Origin: Candidatus Electrothrix sp. GW3-4
GTDB lineage: Bacteria > Desulfobacterota > Desulfobulbia > Desulfobulbales > Desulfobulbaceae
NCBI RefSeq assembly: GCF_037902255.1
Contig: NZ_CP147990.1
Coordinates: 270,001 to 302,000 of the forward strand
DNA length: 32,000 nucleotides
Direction of reading: 5' to 3'
In this document: in pieces, positions 8,230 through 17,586 of the stretch
How the letters are laid out: each line of letters starts with the position of its first letter
How positions within the stretch are numbered: the stretch's first letter is position 1
Made by a program: the position numbers and the translations under genes
The notes under the pieces: generated by a model
Told to the model about the DNA's origin: nothing
The model's input: only the letters and a program-made list of their open reading frames with translations
Databases searched by the model: none

Positions 8230-8648
8230 CTTCATTCATGAGCAGTTGTTGGTCGTTTTTATATGCTTTGTCATGATCGCATATTCTAGCAGCTGCTTAT
8301 TTTTTGAGCTCAAAATTTCTCTTGGCGAAGGTCTTGATTCACCAAAAAAGTATCTATTACGCCTCGACAGAGAGAGTTTCATTCTTTTTCTCTTCATCCC
8401 TCTCTTCCTGTTTTCAGAGAGCACCAGGAACAAAAACTTGCAGCAAAGAGGTTGTGTTGACAGCAAGGTGCTGGTATTGTAGGAGCGACTGACTCCACCT
8501 GGACACCGTGAGTTCTTCCGCTGTCGAGGAAAAAACCATACTTCATGCCGAAATAGGGTAAAGCTTGAGCTTTTGCTCTGATGCTATTACCACCGGCAAG
8601 AACTTGGACAAGAGATAATACGCAGAGCTTAGAACGATATACAGACCC

Positions 8649-10106
8649 ATGGATTTCTATAATCTTACCCTGCAGCAGGCAAAAGACAAGCTGGCTGCCC
8701 GTGAAATCACCTCGGTTGCCTTAACCGAATCCATACTCCATCGTATTGATCAGGTCGAGGGCAAGGTCAAGGCCTACCTGAGCCTGCACAAGGAGCAGGC
8801 CATGGCCGCAGCGGAAGAGGCGGATAAGAAATTGCAGGCAGGGCAGGGCGGAATGCTCTGCGGGCTGCCTCTCTCCATCAAGGATGTCCTCTGCACGGCA
8901 ACCATGCCCACCACCTGTGGTTCAAAGATCCTGGAAGGCTTTGTCCCTCCCTATGATGCCACCGTGGTTGAAAAGCTGCTTGCTGCTGATGCGGTTTTGT
9001 TGGGTAAGGTGAGCATGGATGAATTCGCCATGGGCTCTACCAATGAGAACTGTGCCTATAGCGTGCCGGAAAACCCCTGGAAGGCCGGGTACGTGGCTGG
9101 GGGCTCCAGTGGTGGTTCTGCGGCCTCGGTGGCTGCCAGTGAATGTCTGGGGTCGCTGGGTTCTGATACGGGTGGCTCTATTCGTCAGCCTGCCTCTCTT
9201 TGTGGGGTGGTGGGGATGAAACCCACCTACGGTCGGGTCTCCCGTTACGGGCTAGTGGCCTTTGCCTCCTCCCTGGACCAGGTTGGTCCCCTGACCAAGG
9301 ACGTGGCAGACTGCGCCCTGATGATGAATGCCATTGCTGGCCATGATCCTCGGGATTCCACCTCCATCAGGCAGGCTGTGCCGGATTATAGCGCAGCCCT
9401 TCAGGACGGGATGCAGGGCGTCCGGGTGGGGATTCCCCAGGAATACTTTGGTGAAGGGCTGGACCCGGAGGTGGACAAGGCGGTTCGCGCCGGGATTACC
9501 ATGCTTAAGGAGGCCGGTGCAGAGGTCGTGGAGGTCTCCCTGCCCCATACCCAGTACTGCGTAGCAGTCTATTACCTGATCGCCCCGGCAGAGGCCAGCT
9601 CTAATCTGGCCCGTTTTGATGGGGTACGCTACGGCAAGCGGGATCTTGCGGCAGACAGCCTCATTGAGATGTATAAGCAGACCCGCTCCCAGGGCTTTGG
9701 TGATGAGGTCAAGCGGCGTATCCTTATCGGGACCTATGCCCTGTCTGCGGGCTATTATGATGCCTATTATAAAAAGGCCTCCCAGGTCCGGACCCTGATC
9801 AAAGAGGACTTTGCCAAGGCCTTCACGCAATGCGACGTGCTGGCCTCACCGGTTACCCCGACATCGGCCTGGCAGATCGGCCAGAAGAGCGGGGATCAAC
9901 TGGCCCTGTACCTCTCTGACATCCTCACCATCTCGGCGAACCTGGCCGGGACACCTGGTCTTTCCGTGCCCTGCGGCTTTTCAGCAGATGGCCTGCCCAT
10001 CGGGATGCAGTTGCAGGCAAGCCATTTCCAGGAAGAGGCCCTGTTGCGGGCCGCCTGGAATGTGGAGCAACGGGCCGGGGTGAAAGACAGGCATCCGGTC
10101 CTGTAA
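8649..10106 (+). CDS. gatA: Asp-tRNA(Asn)/Glu-tRNA(Gln) amidotransferase subunit A
   Basis: The protein shows a full-length amidase-signature GatA pattern: 'GLPLSIKD', 'GGSSGGSAASVAA', 'GSDTGGSIRQPA', 'GMKPTYGRVSRYG'. It is 485 aa. Confidence 0.95.
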   Translation: MDFYNLTLQQAKDKLAAREITSVALTESILHRIDQVEGKVKAYLSLHKEQAMAAAEEADKKLQAGQGGMLCGLPLSIKDVLCTATMPTTCGSKILEGFVPPYDATVVEKLLAADAVLLGKVSMDEFAMGSTNENCAYSVPENPWKAGYVAGGSSGGSAASVAASECLGSLGSDTGGSIRQPASLCGVVGMKPTYGRVSRYGLVAFASSLDQVGPLTKDVADCALMMNAIAGHDPRDSTSIRQAVPDYSAALQDGMQGVRVGIPQEYFGEGLDPEVDKAVRAGITMLKEAGAEVVEVSLPHTQYCVAVYYLIAPAEASSNLARFDGVRYGKRDLAADSLIEMYKQTRSQGFGDEVKRRILIGTYALSAGYYDAYYKKASQVRTLIKEDFAKAFTQCDVLASPVTPTSAWQIGQKSGDQLALYLSDILTISANLAGTPGLSVPCGFSADGLPIGMQLQASHFQEEALLRAAWNVEQRAGVKDRHPVL

Positions 10107-10206
10107 GTTCAATGCTCTTTTTGTTTCGACGAACCCGGACCGTCCTGTTGTTGGTAAGCACGAACAAATGCTTTCTTGATACCGTTGCTTCAGCGGGCTG
10201 TAGGCC

Positions 10207-12327
10207 ATGACGAGAGAACGGCTGACGACTTGGACCATAGGGCAGGATCGCCCGGAAACCGTCTGTCAATATCTTGGCCAACAGGCAGAGGCTGGGGTGC
10301 AGTATTTCTGCTTTGATTATTTTGACACCTTGGTTGTCCGGGATATTGAGCCGGAATACAGCAAACAGCTTGCTGCCCGGCTGCACAGTCAGCTCCTTAA
10401 TAATCTGATTCCTCCAGAGCAGCTCTATGCCCTGCGCCAGCAGCTGGAGCGAGAGCTCTGCGAGCAGAGCCAGGCCCTTGGTGGCGAACTGGAATTTTAT
10501 CTCCATACCTTTGCCTCTCCCTATCGTACTGCCTTGCAGCAAGAGCTGGGGAATATCCCGGCGCTTGAGGATGCGGCCCGTTTTACCCAGCAGATTCTCT
10601 CCATAGAAACCGTGGTGGAGAGGGCGGTGCAGCAGCCCTGTGAGGAGGCCATCCGGGTCCTGGCCTGGTTGCGGTCTCAGGGGCTGGCCACGGTGTTGAT
10701 CTCTGATTTCTATCTGCCCAGCCCTTGGTTCCTGGTCATGGTGGAAAGTATGGGCATCCGCCAGTACTTTGATCATCTCTACATCTCAGCAGATCATGGG
10801 GTGGCCAAGAGCTCCGGGCGATTATACCAGCAGGTCTGCACAGAACTGGGTTGTCTGCCTGGGCAGATGCTGATGATCGGGGATAATCTGACCTCAGATG
10901 TGACCAGGCCTGATGACCTGGGCATGCCATCTCTCTATCTTCTCAATCCCTGCCAGAAGGCTTTTTACGAGCGCTGGCAGCCGGAGATGCTTGGCGAATC
11001 CACCCGGTTGCGCCAGCGTTTTGGCGAGGCGGTTTCCCAAGAAGGGGTCTTTAAGGAGATCAGCAGCACCCTCTGGTATTTTACCCGCAGGCTTCTGGAG
11101 ACCTTACAGGAACAGCAGGTCCAGGATGTGGTCTTTTTTTCCAAGGAAGGGGAGTTCCTGAAAAAACTTTTTGACCGGATGCAGGCTGATCTCTTTGGTT
11201 GTCAGGTGATCCGCTCGCATTATCTCCTGGTCTCCCGCAAGGCCACCTTTCTTGCCTCCTTAGGTCCCTTGGGAGAAGAAGATTTCAGCCGCCTTTTTGC
11301 CCATTATCGGGATATCGCGCCTCGGGATTTTCTCCTCAGTCTGAATTTTGAGGAATCCCTGGCCCGGTCGCTCTGCGCAGAGATCGGCATTGATTATGAG
11401 CTACGGGTGGCCAATCTTGCTGAGAGCCAGGAATTTGCTCGTCTCCTTGCATCGACTTCCTTCCAGCAGATCTATGAAGAACGGCGGCAGCAGCAGCGGA
11501 GCAATTTCCTGGTCTATCTTGGTTCGTTGGGGATTGCCTATGAGCAGGAGGGGCTGACCATTATTGATGTGGGCTGGAAAGGCTCTATCCAGGATAATGT
11601 CTATCATATCCTGGAAGGACGTGTAGATATGCAGGGCTTCTATACCGGTTTTCTGATTGCCGGGGAGGCCCAGGCCAGGAATCAGAAGCAGGGGCTCCTC
11701 TTTGATACGACCCGGCCCCTGCCCCATTTTAACGTCTATAATAATAATCGCTCTCTGTTCGAGATGATGCTCGGTGCCTCGCACGGCAGTGCAGACGGCT
11801 ATTTCACCCCGGAACAGTTTGCCAGCTTGCCGGATGATCATCAGCGGGAGATCAGAGAGCGTATCAAGGACGGGAACAGGAGTGAGAACGGAGAAGTGCT
11901 GGTTGTTACTCTGGACCTACCTGAAGAACGACGGCTCTTTGCCGACAAGATCAAGCCCGTGCAGGAGCAGATCTTTGCCGATGCCTGCCGCTTGAATCAG
12001 GCCTTCCTGCGTTCCGGCTGTAGCTTGCCTGAGCCGGAATGGTTTGCCCGGCGCCATGCCCGCATGGTCTTTACTCCGACCAGCGAAGAGATTGACTTTT
12101 TTGAGCGCCTTTATCATCTGGAAAACTTCGGCGTCTTTGAGTATACCGACTTTTGTACTGATACCAATCTTTCCCTGAAAGAACGGTGGCATAATTTTGT
12201 CAATATGCGCAAGAACCCGGCTATCCTGGAGATGGGGACCTGGCCGCCGATCATTCTCCGTCGTCTTGGTCTGGATTTTTATCGCCATATCAATGGCTAC
12301 AGGCGCTTTCGTCGGGAGTTTTCATGA
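10207..12327 (+). CDS. HAD-superfamily hydrolase-like protein with large C-terminal extension (COG5610-like)
   Basis: The N-terminal 'YFCFDYFDTLVVRD' (FD.FDTL. nucleophile motif) and 'LMIGDNLTSDV' (GDN..SD motif) indicate a HAD fold. About 450 further residues are unassigned. The stop overlaps the next start (ATGA at 12324). Confidence 0.6.
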   Translation: MTRERLTTWTIGQDRPETVCQYLGQQAEAGVQYFCFDYFDTLVVRDIEPEYSKQLAARLHSQLLNNLIPPEQLYALRQQLERELCEQSQALGGELEFYLHTFASPYRTALQQELGNIPALEDAARFTQQILSIETVVERAVQQPCEEAIRVLAWLRSQGLATVLISDFYLPSPWFLVMVESMGIRQYFDHLYISADHGVAKSSGRLYQQVCTELGCLPGQMLMIGDNLTSDVTRPDDLGMPSLYLLNPCQKAFYERWQPEMLGESTRLRQRFGEAVSQEGVFKEISSTLWYFTRRLLETLQEQQVQDVVFFSKEGEFLKKLFDRMQADLFGCQVIRSHYLLVSRKATFLASLGPLGEEDFSRLFAHYRDIAPRDFLLSLNFEESLARSLCAEIGIDYELRVANLAESQEFARLLASTSFQQIYEERRQQQRSNFLVYLGSLGIAYEQEGLTIIDVGWKGSIQDNVYHILEGRVDMQGFYTGFLIAGEAQARNQKQGLLFDTTRPLPHFNVYNNNRSLFEMMLGASHGSADGYFTPEQFASLPDDHQREIRERIKDGNRSENGEVLVVTLDLPEERRLFADKIKPVQEQIFADACRLNQAFLRSGCSLPEPEWFARRHARMVFTPTSEEIDFFERLYHLENFGVFEYTDFCTDTNLSLKERWHNFVNMRKNPAILEMGTWPPIILRRLGLDFYRHINGYRRFRREFS

Positions 12328-13355
12328 GGAGCTTTCGAGCTGGCCGAAAAAAAAAGGTCTTTGCAGGGCTTATTGGGTGCGCTCTTATCTGCACCGTGCT
12401 TGCCTGTCATCAGGAAAAGAACGAGCCTCCTGCGGGAGCGATCATGAACGGTGTGCCTCGCTTGATCCTGGACACGGATCTCTCCTCGGATGTGGATGAT
12501 GTTGGGGCCGTTGCCCTGCTGCATGCCTTGGCCCGTCAGGGCAAGGTGCAGATCCTGGCCATGCAGGTCTCATCTGGTGACCTGTGGTCTGTTCCCTGCT
12601 TGGCTGCCCTGAATACTTGGTTTGGTCGCCCTGATATCCCCATCGGGATGGTGAAAGGGGAGGCTGTGCAGCACGAGTCAAAATACACCCGTACCATCGC
12701 CGAAGAGTTCCCTCATGAAACCACGACAGGCGCAGAGGTCCCTGATGCGGTGGAGCTCTATCGGCGTATCCTTGCTGAACAGCCGGATCATACCGTGACC
12801 CTGGTGACCATCGGTTATCTGACCAATCTGGCCAACCTCCTGCAATCGGAAGCGGACGAGATATCTCCTTTGGACGGGCTGGCCCTGGTTCGGCAAAAGG
12901 TGCAGCGCCTGGTCTGTATGGGCGGAGAATATCCTTCCGGCAGAGAGTGGAATTTCTTTCAGGATAGTGAGGCTGCCGCCTCTGTGGTTGCCCATTGGCC
13001 GACCCCTGTCGTCTTTAGTGGCTTTGAGATCGGTAAAGAGATAATGACCGGGGCTGGCCTGCGAAAGGTAGCCCAACCCAACCCGGTGCAACGGAGCTAT
13101 GAGCTGTATAATGGCCTGACAGATCGTCCCAGTTGGGATCAGGTGGCTGTCTATTACGCAGTGATAACGGCAAATGGGCAGCAAAGCGGATTTTGGGTGA
13201 AAAACTCAGGAAGAAATATGGTGCAGCCTGATGGCAGCAATTATTGGCGCAATAAGCGGGATGAGGCTGTGGATCATACCTATCTTGTCCAGCGTGCTGA
13301 GACGGTCACCATTGCCGAGTTGCTTGAGGGGTTGATGCTGACTCAGCGTAACTAG
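12324..13355 (+). CDS. Lipoprotein, inosine-uridine-preferring nucleoside hydrolase-like
   Basis: The signal plus lipobox is 'LIGCALICTVLAC'. 'LILDTDLSSDVDDVGAVALL' resembles the aspartate cluster (DxDxxxDD) of IU-nucleoside hydrolases. An A9 run lies at 12347..12355 inside the signal-peptide coding region. Confidence 0.6.
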   Translation: MRSFRAGRKKKVFAGLIGCALICTVLACHQEKNEPPAGAIMNGVPRLILDTDLSSDVDDVGAVALLHALARQGKVQILAMQVSSGDLWSVPCLAALNTWFGRPDIPIGMVKGEAVQHESKYTRTIAEEFPHETTTGAEVPDAVELYRRILAEQPDHTVTLVTIGYLTNLANLLQSEADEISPLDGLALVRQKVQRLVCMGGEYPSGREWNFFQDSEAAASVVAHWPTPVVFSGFEIGKEIMTGAGLRKVAQPNPVQRSYELYNGLTDRPSWDQVAVYYAVITANGQQSGFWVKNSGRNMVQPDGSNYWRNKRDEAVDHTYLVQRAETVTIAELLEGLMLTQRN

Positions 13356-13356
13356 T

Positions 13357-15510
13357 ATGTTTTCTGTGGGTAATAAGCTTTTTTTTCAACGCGGTAACCG
13401 ACCTTCCTGGTTGTTTCCCCTCTTGCTTTTTTTTCTCTTTCTCAGTTATTTTTTCTTTGGCACTGGCTGGTATGAACCGGCCCGTTTGCTTATTGAGGGG
13501 ACAGCCCCTGATACGAATGCCGTCATCACCCTGCAATGGGATTCCGGCAACGGCTATAATAGCTATGAGCAGGAGCGTTTTTCCTTTCTCCCTTTTCGTG
13601 GCAGCCTGGATAAGCCCTTGGAAATCATCCTCTCCGGCGGTAAGGAGAAAAATGAGCTGTCAAAAAACAGCCGGGTTGTGCTGACAGAAATCAGGGTTGA
13701 TGATAAAGGGCTTCATATACCGGAACAGGCATTACATGAGGTGCGCCATGTTCGTGGCGCCGGGTGGTTTTTTGAGTCAGAAAGATCCCGTATAACCCTG
13801 TCGGTACCAGGAGAAAAACAGCTGTATTTTTCCCTGAAAACCAATAACCGGTCAGGGATCGCCCGGGTAACGCTGAACGGGTTTGAGACGACCCATGATC
13901 TCTATCGGGGAAACTGGGAAATCCTCCAGGCAAAGCTGAATTATTGGCTCCTGAATAAAGAGGGACGATTTTCTCTCTGGGAGAAGATACCTCGATACGG
14001 GATCGACTCCCTGCGTCTTTCCTTTCCTCCGGGAACAGAGCTTTCCTTTCTTGCCCTGCGGACAAAAGCAGGTCGAATTATTCGTCTTCCCCTGTCGGAT
14101 GAGCAGAGAGAAGGGCAGGTCATTATCACCCATCCCACCCAGGAGCTGAAACGTTATTTTCATAAGGGAAGAATTGGTTATCAGATAGTCTTTGCTGCTC
14201 TGCTGACTTGGCTTGTCTGCGCCCTGAGTTGCTTTGTCCAGAAGCAGGGAGGGGTAAAAACAGTTCTGTTCGGCAGAGCGTTCCGTCCCTTTTGGTTTTT
14301 TTTTCTCGGTGCCTGCGCTGTGTACACGGTGTATCTGTTGGCCTTTTGGCCCGGCCTGATGTCGGTTGATTCCTTAAATATTTGGCGTGCAGCTTGGTTA
14401 CCAGATGTTATGATCAATAATCATCCTGTGCTCAATGTGATCTGGTATACCTTTCTCCTCCACCTCTGGAATCATACAGCTGTGGTACCTCTTTCCCAGG
14501 TTATCCTGCTGTCGCTTTTGATTGCAGCTTTCTTTTCTTTTTGTCATCGACAGGGAGTCAGCCTGCTTCTGCTTTTGCCCTGCTATGCTCTCCTGCTTTT
14601 CTCCATCCCTGTGGGCTGCTATACTATAGCTCTCTGGAAAGATATACCCTTTGCTCTGCTCGTGGTTTTCTGGGGGCTAGTCCCAGCGTATTTCTTTGTA
14701 CGGAAAAGGGCGGGGCAGAAACAAGATGGGGTAGAGAGCAAGCGTCCTCTTCATTTGACCCTGTCGTCGGGGCTTGCCCTGCTGCTTCTCTTTCTTGCCC
14801 TTCTGCTTTTTCGTCATAATGGAATTATTTACCTCGCCGTCATCCCCCTGCTTTTTATGATAGGAGGCCTTGTTCGGATTCCTAAGATAGTCACCATCAT
14901 CTCCTGTTGCGCTGGTATGCTTATCCTCTGGCTGGTGGTCTTTCCCCCGAAAACGATCAGAAGTGCCTCGTATTTTCAGGATTTGACCCGGTCCTATCTG
15001 CAAGAGCTGAATCAGGAGTCGGTGTTGAGCCGGGTAAAGCAGGGGGTATCCCGTTATCCTCGTCTCTTGGATTTGAAAAAGAATTGGCAGGAGAGTGATG
15101 CTTGGCATTATTTTCTTGGTGATCGCTATGCACATACTTTTCTTCGTCAGACCGGCTGGAATGACTCTCATAAGTATGCTTCGCCGGAGACTGATTCGCT
15201 CTTTCCCTCCTTACGGGCAGCTTTGCTCAGCGTGTACGAAAATTCCTTGGAGTATCCTTGGATCTATTTCTCCTGGAACCCTTTTTGGTTGTTATATCTC
15301 TTTCCCCTGAGTATGCTGTTCTACCGTCAGTTCCCGCTTTCCGCGCTTTTCTCGTCAGTGATTATGGTGCAGATTATTGCCTTGCTTTTTTTGGTTGGGA
15401 CAGTGAATTGGCGCTATTATTATTTTGTTCTCTTAGGAGGATATTTTCTGCTTCCGCTTATGCTACTTGATAGCCGTTTTTTGCTGTTGAAAAAAAGGAA
15501 CGGTTTTTGA
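13357..15510 (+). CDS. Polytopic membrane protein (717 aa), possible GT-C-like glycosyltransferase/polymerase
   Basis: One N-terminal TM segment is followed by a ~250-aa soluble domain and then more than 10 hydrophobic segments. 'FWPGLMSVDSLNIWRAAW' sits in the first loop. The gene lies between glycan genes, with 1-nt and 6-nt gaps to its neighbours. The function is inferred only from topology and context. Confidence 0.45.
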   Translation: MFSVGNKLFFQRGNRPSWLFPLLLFFLFLSYFFFGTGWYEPARLLIEGTAPDTNAVITLQWDSGNGYNSYEQERFSFLPFRGSLDKPLEIILSGGKEKNELSKNSRVVLTEIRVDDKGLHIPEQALHEVRHVRGAGWFFESERSRITLSVPGEKQLYFSLKTNNRSGIARVTLNGFETTHDLYRGNWEILQAKLNYWLLNKEGRFSLWEKIPRYGIDSLRLSFPPGTELSFLALRTKAGRIIRLPLSDEQREGQVIITHPTQELKRYFHKGRIGYQIVFAALLTWLVCALSCFVQKQGGVKTVLFGRAFRPFWFFFLGACAVYTVYLLAFWPGLMSVDSLNIWRAAWLPDVMINNHPVLNVIWYTFLLHLWNHTAVVPLSQVILLSLLIAAFFSFCHRQGVSLLLLLPCYALLLFSIPVGCYTIALWKDIPFALLVVFWGLVPAYFFVRKRAGQKQDGVESKRPLHLTLSSGLALLLLFLALLLFRHNGIIYLAVIPLLFMIGGLVRIPKIVTIISCCAGMLILWLVVFPPKTIRSASYFQDLTRSYLQELNQESVLSRVKQGVSRYPRLLDLKKNWQESDAWHYFLGDRYAHTFLRQTGWNDSHKYASPETDSLFPSLRAALLSVYENSLEYPWIYFSWNPFWLLYLFPLSMLFYRQFPLSALFSSVIMVQIIALLFLVGTVNWRYYYFVLLGGYFLLPLMLLDSRFLLLKKRNGF

Positions 15511-15516
15511 TATATT

Positions 15517-16323
15517 ATGCGCTTTTCCATTATTACACCGAGCTATAATACTGTTCCTTATCTGGAGCAGACCATCCAGTCTGTTCTTGCACAACAGGAG
15601 GGGCAGGGTGTTTCTCTCGAATATATCGTGGTTGATGGTGGAAGCACGGATGGCTCGCAGGAGATCCTCCAGCACTATGCCCAGGATATCACCCATACAG
15701 TGATAGAGCCTGATACCGGTCCGGCTCATGCCATTAATAAGGGTTTGCGGCTGGCCACCGGTGAGGTCATTGCTTGGCTGAATGCCGATGATATTTATTA
15801 TCCGAGAACCTTGGAGCGCGTTGGTCAGGCCTTGGCCTGTCGGCCTGATGCGGCCTTCTGTTTTGGTGGCTGTCCGATTATTGATGAGCAGGGACAGGAA
15901 ATTCGTTCCGGGATTACTCGTTTTAAGGAGTCCTTTTATCCCGTTTCCTCCCGCTTCACCTATCAATGCATCAACTATCTTTCCCAGCCTGCTTTGTTTT
16001 TTCGTCGTCAGGCCGTAGAACAGGCAGGTTTGCTGCCGGAAAACATGGTGGCTGCCTGGGATTACCAGTTTATTCTTCGCCTCTGGCATTGCGGTGATGG
16101 GGTTCAGGTAGCTGGTCCGCCGCTTTCCGCCTTTCGTTGGCATGAAGGATCAATTAGCGGGCAGAATTTTCAGGCCCAGTTTGAGGAAGAGTATCTGGCT
16201 GCAAAGGCAGATGCCGGTACCCTGAGCCTCCAGACCCTGCTCCATTTTTGTGTTCGCTGGGGGATTGTTGGGGCCTATTCGGCAATGGCTGGCTTGCGAA
16301 GAAGAACCGGACAGGCAGAGTAG
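15517..16323 (+). CDS. Glycosyltransferase family 2
   Basis: 'FSIITPSYNTVPYLEQTIQSVLAQ', 'YIVVDGGSTDGS' and 'WLNADDIY' form the classic GT2 (WcaA-like) N-terminal pattern. Confidence 0.9.
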   Translation: MRFSIITPSYNTVPYLEQTIQSVLAQQEGQGVSLEYIVVDGGSTDGSQEILQHYAQDITHTVIEPDTGPAHAINKGLRLATGEVIAWLNADDIYYPRTLERVGQALACRPDAAFCFGGCPIIDEQGQEIRSGITRFKESFYPVSSRFTYQCINYLSQPALFFRRQAVEQAGLLPENMVAAWDYQFILRLWHCGDGVQVAGPPLSAFRWHEGSISGQNFQAQFEEEYLAAKADAGTLSLQTLLHFCVRWGIVGAYSAMAGLRRRTGQAE

Positions 16324-17456
16324 TGCGTATCGGAATCAATACCCTGTTTCTTGTTCCGGGTGACGTGGGCGGGACAGAGATCTATCTTCGCCGCAATCTT
16401 CTAGCTATGGTGGCCGACAATCCTCATGATGTTTTTGTCCTGTTCACCACCTTGGATAACCAAGGGCTCTTTCGTGATGATCTGAAGGGGTTTGCCAATG
16501 TGGAATATGTCAGGCTGCCGGTTCGGGCCGCGATCAGGCCCTTACGGATTATCTGCGAACAACTGCTCCTGCCTTGGTCTGTCTGGCAGAGCAAGGTCGC
16601 CGTGCTCTGGTCGCCAGGCTATACCGCACCAGCCCTGTGTAACTGTCCCCAGGCCGTGACCGTCCATGATCTCCAATACAAAAAACACCCGGATGACCTG
16701 ACCTTTTTGGAGCGCTTTACTTTGGATGCTCTGGTACGAACAGCCTGTCGGCGATGTGCGGCCGTCATCGCTGTTTCAGCGTTTTCCAGGGAAGAGATAT
16801 TGCGCTACGGTTTTACTTCGGAGAAAAAGCTACAGGCTGTCTTAGAGGGGGTTGAGCCGGATTTTGCCTGCCCGGTGACGGAGGAGGAAGTTGTGCAACT
16901 GCCAGTGGCAGGCAACCCTTATATCCTCTGCGTGGCCCATACCTACCCCCATAAACAGGTGCATCTGTTGATTGAAGCCTTTTCTCTGCTGGCCGAAAAG
17001 ATTCCTCATCATTTGGTCTTGGTGGGGCGACCAAGGAGAGGGGAAGCACGGGTTCAGGAGAGCCTTGCTGCTTGTGTGGCCAGGGAGCGGATCCACCGTC
17101 TTTCCGGTTTGGAGTATACGGCATTGCGTTCGCTGTATCAGCAGGCCGATGTCTTTGTCCTGCCCTCGGAGTACGAGGGCTTTGGCCTGCCCGTTTTGGA
17201 GGCCTTGCTTGCTGGCACACCAGTGGTCACCACAAAGAAGGCCTCGCTGCCCGAAGTGGGCGGGGATTGTGCTGTCTATGTGCCGCAGAGTTCTCCAGAG
17301 GCCTTTGCCCAGGTAATCACCGAGGTCCTTGGAAAGACTTCGAGCGAACAGGAGGCAGTGATCGCCAGGGGTCAGGCCTGGGCCCAGGGGTTTACCTGGA
17401 AAAAATCAGCTCGCCGTACCTTGCAGATACTCAGAGAGCTTGCTGGCGCTCGTTGA
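16323..17456 (+). CDS. Glycosyltransferase family 4 (Glycos_transf_1 type)
   Basis: 'VLPSEYEGFGLPVLEALLAGTPVVTT' is the E-x7-E region. The GTG at 16323 ('RIGINTLFLVPGDVGGTE') overlaps the GT2 stop by 1 nt. It is preferred over the ATG at 16248, which would overlap GT2 by 76 nt. Confidence 0.85.
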   Translation: MRIGINTLFLVPGDVGGTEIYLRRNLLAMVADNPHDVFVLFTTLDNQGLFRDDLKGFANVEYVRLPVRAAIRPLRIICEQLLLPWSVWQSKVAVLWSPGYTAPALCNCPQAVTVHDLQYKKHPDDLTFLERFTLDALVRTACRRCAAVIAVSAFSREEILRYGFTSEKKLQAVLEGVEPDFACPVTEEEVVQLPVAGNPYILCVAHTYPHKQVHLLIEAFSLLAEKIPHHLVLVGRPRRGEARVQESLAACVARERIHRLSGLEYTALRSLYQQADVFVLPSEYEGFGLPVLEALLAGTPVVTTKKASLPEVGGDCAVYVPQSSPEAFAQVITEVLGKTSSEQEAVIARGQAWAQGFTWKKSARRTLQILRELAGAR

Positions 17457-17534
17457 TCTTTTCTGAGGTAGAATATTTTTTGTTTGCAATGGTCAAGCGG
17501 TTATGCAAAACTTTGGTATAAATTTTTGTCCTGT

Positions 17535-17562
17535 TCCTGCATGGGGCAGGATATTTTTCTTT
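17535..17562 (+). terminator. Weak candidate intrinsic terminator after the glycan operon
   Basis: A 6-bp stem, tcctgc (17535..17540) / gcagga (17546..17551), is followed by tatttttcttt. It lies about 80 nt after the GT4 stop. Confidence 0.35.
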
Positions 17563-17586
17563 CACCCTCAGTAAAAAAAGAGCACC

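Noticed and set aside
8230-8648. A 419-bp gene-free gap upstream of gatA, with a 9-bp inverted repeat (8362..8370 / 8521..8529), a TTGACA-like hexamer near 8457 and small ORFs on both strands.
   Set aside because: A 9-bp inverted repeat within about 400 bp is expected by chance at an appreciable rate. No convincing -10 element sits at proper spacing. I recognise no ncRNA or riboswitch signature, and the small ORFs lack RBS and motifs.
9252-10776. Minus-strand ORFs 9252..9830 (192 aa) and 9925..10776 (283 aa).
   Set aside because: They are antisense to gatA and the HAD-like gene, with low-complexity translations and no motifs.
15463-16143. Minus-strand 226-aa ORF.
   Set aside because: It is antisense to the well-supported GT2 gene.
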